Assembly: GCA_964016885.1 (NCBI GenBank)
Contig: OZ024740.1
Location: 205,282,001-205,346,000, forward strand
DNA from: Eledone cirrhosa
Lineage: Eukaryota
Direction: 5' to 3'
DNA length: 64,000 nucleotides
Within the stretch, counting starts at the first letter, position 1. Each line of letters begins with the position of its first letter. This document shows, in pieces, positions 1-13,277 of the stretch. Made by a program: the position numbers and the translations under genes. The notes under the pieces are model-generated. The model made no database searches and was not told the DNA's origin. It saw nothing but the letters and a program-made list of their open reading frames with translations.

Positions 1-796
1 GTTAACCCGTGGTAGATTGGTAGTGGGGTGGGGAAGGATGTGTAGGTTGTGACCAGGGGCCTCACAATGTAGGTACACTTAGCTAGTATTAACCAGCGGT
101 ATATTGGGGTAAGGGGTAGTGTGAGGATGACTGAGCTGTAGTCAAGGGCCCCACAATATTTAAAGGACCCCCAAATCAATGTATTTGCTGTCATAAAAAA
201 TATGCAAGGGCCCAGATGAAAATTTCAGCCAGGGGCCCATACAAACTTAATCCATTCCTGGTGCTATCCCTTTTGATATTAAACCATTCAAGACAGCCCC
301 AGGTTCTAAGATATAAAACCTCTCATTCTAAGATGTCTATATTTAAATTAAAACCTTCCATTATAATTTTAAGTAAGAACTTTTTGTTGTTCCAAATACC
401 AACTTAATAATAAAAAAGTTAATTTATGTTACTCCCAAATCTTGATTATTTTCAAAGTTTATTTTATTAGAAATATGGTTAGTAATGGGTTAAATAAGAT
501 TATAAGATACATAACATGTTTTCTTAAAACACTTTCTAAGGTTTCCAAATAATTTTGAAACTAAGCAAGAATTTGGGGTGATACATACATTCATACATAC
601 AATTTCATATATTTTGATTTATGAATGTATGTATAGTATATTTGATAATATACTGTATGTTTAATTAAAAACATTTTGAAGAGTATTCACTATGAATTTT
701 TAAAGTAGTGACTATGTCACTTATTCTCAGCAAAAACAAAAGGCAGTAATCGACAGTCCTGTTTCTCACTTGTTAGCAGTTATCAAGACTACTCAC

Positions 797-892
797 TCCT
801 TCGCTTCTGCCGAGAACTACAGAAGATGGATTCTTATGGAATAAACAGAGCGGTTGCCGGTCCAGCAAAAATTAGGTATTAGTATTGGTGCT
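797..892 (-). CDS. Candidate terminal exon of the 7TM gene (uncertain)
   Basis: Acceptor tatttcag, phase-compatible with exon 3335-3426. Gives (T)APILIPNFCWTGNRSVYSIRIHLL* and is followed by gtgagt. Weak TM6 resemblance only. Confidence 0.3.
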
Positions 893-1334
893 CTGAAATA
901 ACGATGTATATATGAATGTATATATAGTATATTTGATTTATATTTATTTGTCAGTAAAGCTATCTATGTTAACCTTTTAAACACCAAACCACATAAAACT
1001 ATCTCATTAAATTGTTCAAATTTCAATTCAAATCATGAACTGAAAATAATTATTATATGACAGATAATATTAGATTTCAGTAGTTGAATATTAATCTTTT
1101 ATTATTAATTCTTAACATTCTGTAATGATTTCACAAAAATATCTAAAAACAGGTTTGTTAATTCAAATGTTTATAGTATCTTTACTAGTGGACAGATCAT
1201 AGTGAAAATTTGCAATAAACTAAAGTAATGACTAATTATGAATATGATATCATCATAGCGATGTTTTCTACTTGCTAGGAGAATTTTGCTAATGTGGTTT
1301 CTTGTGGTACAGGACATTAGGAGTGAAATTAAAA

Positions 1335-1550
1335 GGTGAGGGTGGTGAGTTGGTAGAATCATTAGAATGTCTGTGAAACTGCTTTGTAGCATTTAGTTAT
1401 GAATTTTTAGGTTCTAAGTTCAAATCCTGCTGAGGTCAACTTTGCCTTCCATCCTTCCGAGCTCAATAAATTCAAGTACCAGTCAAGTACTAGGGTTGAT
1501 ATAATCAACTTTCTTCTTCCATCAAATTGCTGTGCCTAAATGGGAAATCC
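1335..1550 (+). mobile_element. tRNA-derived SINE
   Basis: A/B-box-like head (ggtgagttggtagaatc...gttcaaatcc) and the central gccttccatccttccgag..aagtaccag domain shared with copies at 9112-9300, 13278-13495 and 45495-45715. Confidence 0.7.
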
Positions 1551-1789
1551 TTAAATTAAAAGGTAATTATTTCATTAAACCTCTTCTAATTTGTTTTATT
1601 GGTTTCAGTCATTAAACTGCAGCGATGCTGGTGTCTTGTCAATAAACTGCAGCGATGCTGGTGTCTTGTCAATAAACTACAGCGATACTGGTGTCTTGCT
1701 CTAGTCAATCATCTTGATCTCAGTACTACTTATTTTTTCATATCTGGTACTTAATTCATTGATCTTTTTTGTCAAACTGCTAAAATATG

Positions 1790-3185
1790 GAGGCCAACTT
1801 CATAGGAAGACCTTTTCCATGCCTGCTATCAGGAATGTACCTAGGGTTTTCCTCTCTTCAGGGAGGTGCATTCTCATGAGGTGGAAAGAATACTTTGCTG
1901 ATCTCCTAAACCTGGTCACAACAGCATTTTCTGATGTACATGAGATGCATCAAGGAGCGATGACTAACTCTCAGAGACTGAGGTCACCAGAGCAATTAAA
2001 GAGCTCAAATGTGGCAAAGGCCTCTGGGGAGAATGAAATCCAACCCAAGATGTTAAAAACCTTAAATATAAAAAGTGTTTTCTGGCTGACTCATGTGTGC
2101 CAGATGACCTGGTACCAAAGCAATGGCAATCAGGAGTGATAATCACAATTTTCAAAAAGGGAGACAAGTGGGATTGCTCTAAGGTATATGACTGCCTTCC
2201 ACAGGACTTATTGTGGAATATTCTGTGGGAGTATGAGATTAATGGACATCTTTTTGTTACCTTGAAGTCCCTATATGAATGCCCTAGTATTTGTGTTCAG
2301 ATAAATGGTGCTAAGTCAAAACCATTCAATGTGGGTTCTGAACTCTCCCAAGGATGCGTACAATCATCTCTCTTGTTCATAATCTTCATGAACAGGATTG
2401 ACATGCACAGCCAGGTTGGAAGTGGTATCAAGACCGGTGTGTATAGAATCAGCTGGCTTGAATTTGCAGATGAATATGGTACTGCTTAGCTTGTAGGAAA
2501 GGGATCTCCAGCATATACTGGACAGGTTTGCTGCTGAATACTGCACAGCAAGAATGGAAATTAGTGCTGCGAAGACTGAGACAATCATCCTCTCAATGAA
2601 GCCTGTGCAGTTCACTCTACATATGAATGGAGTTCCATGTGTAATGGAAGGTAGGAGGCTGAATTAAATGTAAGAATTGCAGGAGTTGGTGTAGTAATGT
2701 GCCAGCTTCAGCATTTGGTCTTCAGAAAAAGAGAGGCACTATTTTCAATTCAGTATTTGTGCCAACCCTTACTTATGGTGATGAATCTTGGGTAATGACC
2801 AAATGAATACGATTGCAAATATGAGTAGTTGAAATGGAGTTCCTCTAAAGGGTCTTTTGAGTAATGTTACTTGATAGGGTGTGTAGCCCAGAGAGTCTCT
2901 CCAGGTAGAGCTGCTACTTCTCTGAATTGAGCAATCACAGATCTGACACTATGGACATGAATAATCAGAATGTCCAAGGAAGTAATCACTGGACAAATTT
3001 TACAGGCCAAGCCAACAGGCAAGAGATACAGAGGTTGACCCTGAGCCAGAAGGTTGGATAATATCCATGAACTCGATTAGATTCACTTGGGGATCTAGCC
3101 AGATCAATTGGAGATGGTTGCTTCCGATAGAACCTGCTGGAAGGCATCTGAAGACTCTGTCCCCATGACCCTCTCAGGAATAAGT
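1790..3185 (+). mobile_element. Degenerate RTE-clade (Rex3/Expander-like) LINE
   Basis: Broken RT motifs across frames (RWKEYFADLLN, IFKKGD, SQGCVQSSLLF, EFADE). The 3' end matches 18140-18335 and 31381-31606. Many stops and frameshifts. Confidence 0.8.
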
Positions 3186-3334
3186 GGGCAAAGAGAAGAT
3201 GTATGGTAAAGAAACATAAAAAAAAAACCCATAGTGGATGATGATTCATCTGAAAATGTTGGGGCTGGAGAGAAAGTTTCACTATTAAAACCTCTACATA
3301 CTTTTCTTTTCCCTTTTATTTAATGATGACTTAC

Positions 3335-3426
3335 GTTAGTTTATGTTTCATGGATCTTCTTTCTTCTTTCTCACAATCTTTCTTCCATCGGTTCCACAGA
3401 GATAGTACGAAAACCAAATGATTAAA
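3335..3426 (-). CDS. Adhesion/class-B GPCR exon (TM5 end + ICL3)
   Basis: tttttctttcactttag acceptor, gtaagt donor, 92 bp, phase 0 to 2. FNHLVFVLSLWNRWKKDCEKEERRSMKHKL. Confidence 0.85.
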
Positions 3427-5167
3427 CTAAAGTGAAAGAAAAATATGAAAGAATCGTAAGAGAATTTCTTATTTTAATTTTCAATGTTAGATCAATTATA
3501 GGAATTAAAAAAATTAACTCTTTTGATATCAAAACACTCAAAGCTATTCCTGGCTCTATAAAGAAATTTATTTGTTTTCAAGTGTTAATGTTTAAATTAA
3601 AACCTTCCAATATATTTTTTTGTTAGAATCTTTACTGACGTTTGGCCCTGAAGGAAAGGAACCAATCAGATTGGACCAAGGAAATTATTGGTCTTTTCAT
3701 TGCTAATACTTATCTGCTCGTCATAAATTTTAGAAGAAGGAACCAGATTTGAATGCAGAATGTATAGAACTGGATCAGATACTGCAAAGCATCCCACCTG
3801 ACTTTAACAATTCCACAAACCCACTGTACATGAACTTGTACTTTATTTTTCCTAAGTTTTTTATTATTTTCAATATTAACTGAAAATCAGAGAAAGGCAC
3901 TCTTCTTAGTGCTTGGGCCACAATAAAATGCACCCAGTACATCCAGTAAGGTGGTTGGTGATAGTAAGGGTATCCAGCTGTAGAAACCATGCCAAAAGAA
4001 GGATCAAGAGGACTCTTCAGTTGTATCAAGAGCACAACACCCTCTCTAGTGTTGATTATCTACACTATAAATGCATCCAATTCACCCTTTAAAGTCATTA
4101 GTGATAGGAAGGGCATCCAGCCCTATAAAACCTACCTATCAAACAAAAGGTTGAGGGGACTCTTCATGTGTCAAAGACATGACAACCTTCCTAGCATTGG
4201 TGTCCACTTAGTAGAGTGTGGAAATGTATGTAAGTGAAGTGCAGGCCCACAGACTATGTGAGAGGTCACCACAGTTGTATGTGAGATGTGGACCCCAGGC
4301 CCATCTGAGAGGTTGCCACAGTTGTGTATGAGATGTGGACTCCTGGCCCAACTGTGTGGTTAGTAGCTCTGATTAAGTACTGACTTGGTCCATGATGACC
4401 TGTCCAGCTTTTGCTAGCAGGGAAAACAGATATTAAATGATGATGAGTGTACAGGTAAGTGGATTTGCTGAATTTTATATCATTACAGCAGTTGTTTTTA
4501 CTTCAGGATGTTTCTACAGCTAAATATTGAAGCATGAATTAGGAGGAAAATAATGTAGTATAGTTAATAAAAATCATTGTGAGATATGTAATAAATAACT
4601 GATAAGTTTCAGTAAGCCAGTACAATGTGGTAGAAATATATAAAGAGCAAAGGATGAAAAATAAAACAAGATAGAAGAACAGTGATTGTTCGTTTTTTTT
4701 TTTTTTTGAAAAGAGGGTAATAGCTCTGAAATATCGTTGAAATATTCTGGTTAAAACAGTGATAAATTATGACATACATGTGTACAACAATCAAAACAAC
4801 TTTTTCTAGTTTGTCAACTACCTCATTCTCTGATGGTCACCATCATGTTGGACCAAGGAAGTAATGTTTCCATTAGTCTTTCCAGTGCTGATAATGTATG
4901 TCAGCAGAAGAAACATGAAATAAAGTATTTTGTTCAAGAATACAATGCCTCACTTGGTCCAGGAAACAAACCCATGACCTTATGAGCATGAGTCTAACAC
5001 TTTAACTTATAGGTCACATGCCTTCACCTCTGATGGTGAGAACATATTAAAATAAAACCAGAAGAATGTCCTACTAATTGTTAGTGATTTCATCACCTGT
5101 TTGATGTGAGTGATGTCCACATAACAAAATGACACAACAACAGATAAATACCAATTTTTCTACTTAC

Positions 5168-5228
5168 ACAAAGAATACAATAGACAGGTCCCATGAAGAT
5201 CCATTGTGTCCAGTCTGTGAGCCAGCAT
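5168..5228 (-). CDS. Adhesion/class-B GPCR exon (ECL2 CW motif + TM5)
   Basis: ttattacag acceptor, gtaagt donor, 61 bp, phase 2 to 0. CWLTDWTQWIFMGPVYCILC matches the CWL...W.F.GP signature. Confidence 0.92.
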
Positions 5229-5964
5229 CTGTAATAAAACCAACCAGTTAAATAAAATACAAGACAATAAAGACACTTAACCCTTTAGTATTTAAACCGG
5301 CTGTATCCAGCCATAACTCTTTTGCTTATTGATACAGTAGTTTAAATTGTAGTGTGGTGACCCCATAATTTTAACAGAAAAAGCCCCCAAAATTTGATTT
5401 TTATATATATTTTAAATTTCATAATTTCAATATCAATTCTAATTTTGATTTTGAAGATATTTTTACAATTCTTTTTTTAAAAATTAATCAAATATCTCGC
5501 TGTTATTGTTTAAAGAAACAGTGTGAATGACTGAGTCAAAGAGTTATTTGGTAAAGGCAATGAGATTTAATCTCCTTTATAACAGTTGGGTTCCCTAATT
5601 GTAAAACAGTACCATTGCTAAGCTGGAGTGTATTACCACAGGAAAGCTCAATTGTGTATAATCTTCTTCTTCTGTACCTCTCACTCCTCCTCACCTCCTT
5701 CCTCCTATGCACCCAGTATCCCCTGTAAGATGGTTGGTGACAGGAAGAGTATCTAGCTATAGAAACCATGCCAAATATGGAAAGTATGAACAAGATGTAG
5801 TCACCTGATCAGTCTAGCTTCAGAACGTGATGACATCCTGTTCAACCCAAGCTATAAAAATGATGATGATGATGGTGGTGGTGGTGGTGGTGGTGGTGAT
5901 GATGATGATTACAAACAGATTTAAACTATGAATTCTGAGATATAGTTAGAAAGTATTTACTTAC

Positions 5965-6095
5965 ATTTTTCCATTGATGAGATTATCAGGGTAATATATG
6001 ACAATTGGTATAATACCAGCCCATGGTATACCATAACCCACTATCATGTACATAATACGCCGAAAATGTTTACTTCCATGGATTCCTATCGTACA
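5965..6095 (-). CDS. Adhesion/class-B GPCR exon (ICL2 + TM4)
   Basis: tgtttgtccag acceptor, gtaagt donor, 131 bp, phase 0 to 2. CTIGIHGSKHFRRIMYMIVGYGIPWAGIIPIVIYYPDNLINGK contains the G(W/Y)GxP motif. Confidence 0.92.
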
Positions 6096-7156
6096 CTGGA
6101 CAAACATGACCAAAGAAAAGAAGACTTTAAACATACATAGTTAAATATTTTAAAACATTTTCAAACAGAAATACACACATATATTGAATTAGAATTATTT
6201 AGGGCAAATGTTAGCAATGGAGACTTCTGCTATCCTTGGCCCTAGAAATACCTCCCTGCTCACCACCATTGGCACGGAGTTGGCTACCCACAGGTGTGAG
6301 CCTCGCGAGCTAGAATGACTCTTCCAATGTGTCTCCCTCATCATCCTCCAGGGAAAAAAACCTTCTCTATTCTGTCCATTGGGGCCACGGGGTGGTCAGC
6401 GCATGGGTTCCCATTTGCATATAATAGTGAGAGATGGGGAGAACGAGAGATACAGAGGCAGTGAATGAAAGAGAGAGAACATCAACACACACACACGCTC
6501 TTGATAAGTCAAAGAAAGTTGTGAAGAGTGAAAATTCTATTGGTCAATCAACTTTCTTGTAGTAATAACAATAATAAAAATAATCACTAAATGTAGAACT
6601 GTAAATTCAAGTTTTTTTACACATCTACAGATACAAAACTTTGGAGACCTCCAAACTAGTAAATCCATCCCTTGTGGATGCATTATTCACTAAGCATTTA
6701 TTCCCTCCTGTGTGTCTATATGGATCACTTTGTGAAGCTCCAATTTAAATGTTTTCATTTCATAAGACATTAATATTGGCAAATACAGTTACTTTCAATT
6801 TCTGAACTTTTATCAGCATTTTCTGAGTGGAAGAGTAATTTTTGGTCTTTTGAAAACATGAAAACTGTTGAATTTATTTAGAATAGATTTCCTGTTTGCC
6901 TCACTGTTTGCAACCTGGTTACAAACACAGTTCCACTGCAGTTCCCGGGTTACAAACAGTGTGACGAAAATCTTGACAGCAAGAAATAAATGATAAATAT
7001 AGAGAGAATTTAGTAGCTTTCATATATTTTTGAATGACTAAAATGATTCTTCCATGATGTAATTGCTTTAGTTTGAACGCATGGTCTCAGATCAAGACAC
7101 TTGTCAAACAACAATAACTCCAAAATTCATCAAAATATAAAATATAAGTTACTCAC

Positions 7157-7249
7157 ATCTGCTAACTTCCAACAGGCATAAAGAAACATCCAACTAAATG
7201 AAGACGTATACAGGAACACTATCGCCACCGTTGCAGCTATACAGAAGGA
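7157..7249 (-). CDS. Adhesion/class-B GPCR exon (TM3)
   Basis: ctcattacag acceptor, gtgagt donor, 93 bp, phase 0 to 0. SFCIAATVAIVFLYTSSFSWMFLYACWKLAD has the TM3 Cys and SFxWM. Confidence 0.92.
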
Positions 7250-7608
7250 CTGTAATGAGAATTAAGAATAAAATAAAACAAAAAACAAACAAAAAACAAA
7301 AGACAAAACACAACAAAAAACAAAACACAAAACACAAAACAAAAAGAATAGAATAAAACAAAATAAAATAAAAATAATAATATCAACATAATTCCAGGTG
7401 TTATCAGAGCTTTGGACTGAATACCACTAAAACTGAGAAACAAATAGACCTTGAATCACATTGGTGTCAGGTAGTGTACATATACAATGTATTGTCTGTC
7501 TAAGGTCCTTGTGGAGTCTTGACAAGTAATAAAAGATCCATATATTATCATATGTACTGTGCAGACCCTCAATAATAATATTTTTTTGTAAGGTATCTCT
7601 AGCAATCA

Positions 7609-8117
7609 GTTGCTAGGTGAAGTGTTAATTGGCCTTATTGGTTGCTAGGTGAAGTGTTAATTGGCCTCATCAGTTGCTAGGTGAAGTGTTAATTGGCCTC
7701 ACCAGTTGCTAAGTGAAATGTTAATTGGCCTCACCAGTTGCTAAGTGAAATGTTAATTGGCCTCATTGGTTGCTAGGTGAAGTGTTAATTGGCCTCACCA
7801 GTTGCTAGGTGAAGTGTTAATTGGCCACATCAGTTGCTAGGTGAAGTGTTAATTGGCCTCATCAGTTGTTAGGTGAAGTGTTAATTGGCCTCACCAGTTG
7901 CTAAGTGAAATGTTAATTGGCCTCATTGGTTGCTAGGTGAAGTGTTAATTGGCCTCATCAGTTGCTAGGTGAAGTGTTAATTGGCCTCATCAGTTGCTAG
8001 GTGAAGTGTTAATTGGCCTCATCAGTTGCTAGGTGAAGTGTTAATTGGCCTCACCAGTTGCTAGGTGAAGTGTTAATTGGCCTCATTGGTTGCTAGGTGA
8101 AGTGTTAATTGGCCTCA
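7609..8117. repeat. 32-bp minisatellite, about 16 units
   Basis: Unit gttgctaggtgaagtgttaattggcctcatca in direct tandem with no spacers. Confidence 0.95.
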
Positions 8118-8494
8118 GAACCCTGATCTGAGAGACTCAGTATATTGTGCAGGATTCTGGCAGTGTTAGTGATGGTAGAAATTTGGGCACTGCCTATGAA
8201 GTCAGGGATCCCAAGTCTTTTGATGAAAGACATAAGTCATTTAGGGACCATATCATTACATCTGATGAAGGTATTTCGATATGATCAGTACTGGTACTTT
8301 ATTTTATCAACTCAAGGATTAAAGGCAAAGCTAACCTCAACATGGTTTGAACTCAGAATGTAAAAGGCCGTAACTCTATACTGCAAAGCATGTTGTCCGA
8401 CTCTCTACCGATACTGCCAACTGCCAATCGACCACCGTAGTTATATAGTTATAGTTTTATATATATATATAAAGCAGGGAAAAGCGGACGTAAA

Positions 8495-8589
<95 letters not shown>

Positions 8590-8591
<2 letters not shown>

Positions 8592-8673
8592 ATTCTACAG
8601 GACTAGAACTGTTTCATTCTTTAGAAATCATCAGGAATCTAAAGAATGAAACAGTTCTAGTCCTGTAGAATCT
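8590..8673. repeat. 36-bp perfect inverted repeat with a partial hammerhead core on the minus strand
   Basis: Arms 8590-8625 and 8638-8673. Minus strand reads CTGATGA-tttctaaagaat-GAAAC-agttcta-GTC. Abuts (TA)n. Confidence 0.75.
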
Positions 8674-8755
8674 CATCTATATTAAAACTTTTATACTCTG
8701 CAATGTATTGAGTACCTTACTTACTGTGGTTACCTCCGATTCAACCCGGAATAAC

Positions 8756-8789
<34 letters not shown>

Positions 8790-8790
<1 letters not shown>

Positions 8791-9095
8791 CCTTGCAATC
8801 GAAAGGTTGTCAGTTCAATTCTCAGACTGGGTGATGTGTTGTTTCCTTGAGCAAGACACTTTATTTCACATTGCTCCAGTTTACTCAGCTGTAGAAATGA
8901 GATGATAGGGACTGGGGTCTTTATCATTCCACTGCAAAGTGGTCGTGGAGGTGCCATGGCAAAAAAGCACCCAGCACTCACTGTAAATGAGGTTGGTGTT
9001 AGGAAGGGCATCCAGCTGTAGAAATCAAGCCAGCACCAGTTCCCGTCCCACCCTTGCAAGCAGGGAAAAAGCGGACGTAAAATGAAATGAATGAA
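8790..9095 (+). mobile_element. SINE with RTE-derived 3' tail
   Basis: Central ccttgagcaagacact domain. The 3' cccgtcccacccttgcaagcagggaaaaagcggacgtaaaatga nearly matches the end of LINE 15217-16321. Confidence 0.75.
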
Positions 9096-9111
9096 AAAAT
9101 GAAATGAATAA

Positions 9112-9300
9112 TTGTTTCTACTTTTGGCACAAGGCCAGCAATTATCCCAGTGTATTACTGGTACTTTATTTTATCGACCCTGTAATGATCAAAGGCAAAG
9201 TTAACCTCAACGAGATTTGAACTCAGACCATAAAGGGCCGTAACTCTTTGCTGCAAAGCATGGCGCCCGACCCTCTACCGATACTGCCAATCCACTGCCC
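9112..9300 (-). mobile_element. tRNA-derived SINE, near full length
   Basis: Same family as 8285-8440, 14266-14428 and 44676-44790, with a tRNA-like head and AAT-rich tail. Confidence 0.8.
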
Positions 9301-10085
9301 TCTATTTATATATAATAAGATTGAAACACATCCATTGCTTCCACTGAGCTGTCTTATAGACAAGTTCCTCTTCCCCTGCATTGAATTCTTTTTAATTCAG
9401 GTTTTTTAAAAAGATGTATTTTATAAATAGAAGGAATGGATCTCGACAATAGGTGTTCCAGTGTCCTTTGGTCAATGGAACTGCCTGCCCATTAAATCAA
9501 TATATGAATAGCTGAGAAATCACCCAAAACGTATGCTCTTAACATAATTCTCAGGGAGATTCAGCTGATTCTACTTAAGAATTATATTAAGGGTACGTAT
9601 GTCTGTGGAATACTCAACAACATGGCAGCTCATCAGTGAAACAGAGGACCCATTATTATGGTTACAGTAACAACAATAACTACAACAACAACCATCACAA
9701 TGATGATATGATGGTGGGATGGGTGTTTTAATGCACCTTTATTAATGGAATGAACCTCCAGTTTCAATGATGAGTATATCAGTTGTTTAATCAAAACAAC
9801 AGTCTGTTCATGAAATTAACATGTAAGTGGCTGAGCATTCTATACATATGTACACTCTTAATGTTATTCTCAGGTAAATTCACCATGACATAGTGTGTGA
9901 CAAGGTTCACCCTCTGTATTACAGGTACAGTCTATCTGACGGGCTTCCACACAGTTTCTGTTTACCCAGCTTCACTCATACGGCTTAGGTAAATAACATT
10001 TGTCCAAGATGTCATACAGTGGGATTGAACTTAATGATAACAAAATGAACTTCTTAACCATTTCCATACACACACATGCACACAG

Positions 10086-10128
<43 letters not shown>

Positions 10129-10273
10129 GACACACTAAAACACAGAAACTGCAGACAGACAGATACACACACACATGCATGCACACACATGCACACATAT
10201 GTCCCCCCCCCCCCCCCCACATGCATACATAGAGACATCATACTGAAACACAGAAACTGCAGACAGACAGACA

Positions 10274-10309
<36 letters not shown>

Positions 10310-11049
10310 TACATATTTGTATCTGTGTGTATGCATGTGACCGTACGTAAATTGATTTTGATGAACATAAGACCTTGAAAAATAAAAAAAAATAATCCGA
10401 TTTAATCGAATTATGAATAAATAAGCTTTTTGTAAAGAGCTATCGAAAATGTCCGCTAAAAGTGTGAGAATCCTATCTCTGTCGTACTGTAGATAGACGT
10501 AGCGAGATCGGAGTGAAGACTGAAAAGCCAGGCGGGTCATTTGCAGTTATGTAAAAATAGATTTCAGATTTCTTTTTAATCGATTATCCGCCCTCTAGTA
10601 TTTCGGGTGTTGGTAGTATCAATGTGTATTAATACAGTAAGAGTTGAGTCTAAGAGGATTAAATGTATAATTCCTACTAGAACTGTTAGCCAGTATTTAG
10701 CTTCATTTTTGTTTAATATATTTTTTAAAATTTAAAATAACTATTGATTATTGTATCTTATATAGTTACAAGGTTTTATAATTATAAGAAAGATGAAAAA
10801 GAATTGAGAGTGCGATGTTCAAACCTTAGTTTTAAAAATGAAAACAATGTCTAATTAGTAACAGTAAATACTATCATCATAATCATCATTTTTATGTTCG
10901 CTTTCCACACTGGCATGGGTTGGACAGTTTATGTTCTGAGGTCAGGTGATCACATCTAACTCATATGTTCCATAATTGGCATGGTTTTATGGCTACATGC
11001 CTTTCCTAACACTGACCACTTTACAAGGTGTACTGGTTGCACTTTTCCT

Positions 11050-11500
11050 TGGCACCAGCACTACCTCTTTACAGAGTTGAATTGATTGGCTATGTTTTAT
11101 TATGGTACCAGCACTACTACTTTACAGGGTAGTGTGGGTGTATTTTATCATGGCACCAGCACTATCACTTTACAGAGTAGACTGGGTGTATTTTATCATG
11201 GCACCAGCACTACCGCTTTACAGAGTAGACTGAGTGTATTTTATCATGGCACCAGCACTATCACTTTACAAAGTAGACTTGGTGTATTTTATCATGGCAC
11301 CAGCACTACCGCTTTACAGAGTAGACTGGGTGTATTTTATCATGGCACCAGCACTACCGCTTTACAAAGTAGACTGGGTGTATTTTATCATGGCACCAGC
11401 ACTACCACTTTACAAAGTAGACTGGGTGCATTTTATCATGGCGCCAGCACTACCACTTTACAAAGTAGACTGGGTGTATTTTATCATGGCGCCAGCAGTA
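11050..11500. repeat. 45-bp minisatellite (about 10 units) inside a minus-strand SINE (about 10872-11520)
   Basis: Unit ggtgtattttatcatggcaccagcactaccgctttacagagtagactg. The repeating-peptide ORFs here are artefacts of the 45-bp period. Confidence 0.9.
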
Positions 11501-11910
11501 TAGAGGTTGTCACATAATCTTTCAGACTGAAGAATCCTTTCAGACGCTGTATTGTCTCTGTTCAATCACCAAGAACTGTAGTTTCTGGTCTTTTACCACA
11601 TTACTGTGTTTAAGTACACCTCAGCACAATGGTAAATATGGAACTGATTGTAGTGATTCCATACATTTCCTGTAAAGAGAATATAGCAACAACTCTCCAA
11701 GAATCTCTCATGGAGAACACAAATTCTCAACATATCTAGGACTGCTTTTTTTCCGGGCCTTGAAAATATTTCAGCCCAAATAACTAATGACCTTTTATGG
11801 GTGAGATTTACAACAAAATACAGCTTCCACAGCTGGGGTAGCACTCATGTTTCTTACACTGGCATCCTAGATCTCATCAAGAAAAAAAGTCTCATGGCTA
11901 ATCAGTTTAA

Positions 11911-12129
11911 CTCTTTAGCATTTAAACTGGCCATATCTGGCCAGAATTCTCTTCCCTCTTTCTGTTCAAACCAGCCATAACCAGCTGCTTGTACTTACGT
12001 TAAGGTATTGTTTTCAAAATATATAATATCAAAACCTCGTAGATTCAATATTATGTAAGATAATTATAAGATAAAGTATTTATCCTGAAAATGAAATAGT
12101 AAATATAGAATAATGTAAATGGTAAAGGG
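11911..12129. mobile_element. piggyBac-like MITE
   Basis: TTAA on both sides, with TIRs ctctttagcattta and taaatggtaaaggg. Confidence 0.75.
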
Positions 12130-12532
12130 TTAAAGACACTTTCTGATACTTTCCAGCTACTTGCTTTACTGACATGTCTATTCCTGCTTTTTCTACCATT
12201 GCAACATTTTATGTTCTTCAGAGCTTTCTGAACTTATGCCACCTCTACTCAAGCACTCCTGACTCAGTCGTCTCTCACCACCCATGTTATGTCTAATCTC
12301 CCCATCAAGAAGGAACCATCATGAAGGACCCCCCCCCCCCCATTATATTGCTCTTGAATGTGTCTAAACCCATGTCCCCATGGAGAAAGCAATGGAACAT
12401 CTCCCATTTATATTGCTCATGAATCACACACTATATAATGTATGTATCCCATTGCTCCAGTCAAGTTCTGGGACTAACAACCTCTACCATGACAGTTCTG
12501 TGTTGCCTTAATTGACTGAATACAAATCTTAC

Positions 12533-12632
12533 CTTGTCTGGATATGTATTTTCCAGCCCCATCAACCCGGCTTGCGCCGTTGTCACTATCGTTGCTAAAT
12601 TACCAGCAATGAAAAAATTGTCAGAACCAAGC
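12533..12632 (-). CDS. Adhesion/class-B GPCR exon (ICL1 + TM2)
   Basis: ttttattttccag acceptor, gtaaga donor, 100 bp, phase 2 to 0. LGSDNFFIAGNLATIVTTAQAGLMGLENTYPDK. Confidence 0.88.
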
Positions 12633-13277
12633 CTGGAAAATAAAATAAAATAAAATAAAACATTGTTATTTTAAACATTTTTTTTTTTTTTACATATTTT
12701 AAACTTTTAGGGATAGTATTTCTAATGAAATACACTCTATTTCAATTAATTAATGAAAAATTTTGAGGGATTTACTAACATTATTATTTCATAACTAAGA
12801 TAGTAACTTAAAATATGGTTTTTATATAAAATGATGTAAGAAGATTTTAATTTAAATAGGAAATATTGATAATGGGTGGTTTTGTTTCAGAGAACCAGAG
12901 CCAGTTTTGGGCAGGTTGGTATCAAATGAGTTGAACATGCTAGGTATTTTTCTCAGTGATTTAAGGTAATGAGCATTGGCACTTTATTCAGAAAAATTGA
13001 GAGTTAAGTGGATGAGAGATAAACATCATCTAGGATAAGGTACTAGTTTGTTAAAAGTATCTTCCCCTTCAAAAGATTTCAGTCAAGCACTATAATTTAA
13101 AGAAACAATCATCAGATATACAAAATTTCCACTGGATGTAGGTGTTTAATTCCTACTATTTCTACTGCTGCAGTCATTTCAGCCCTGAACAATATATTTC
13201 ATGCTGAACACTTATTTCACATGCCGTAGTTCAACACAATAAATATCACATTATATTTTGATATTTCCTGAGACAAG

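Noticed and set aside
6290-6425. GC-rich patch with partial HDV-like ribozyme look (cc-accccgt-gg on the minus strand)
   Set aside because: I could not build P1, P2 and P4 pairings by eye.
10238-10540. Minus-strand ORF/exon candidate between the TM2 and TM3 exons
   Set aside because: The TM2 and TM3 exons already join correctly, and there is no motif support or clear donor.
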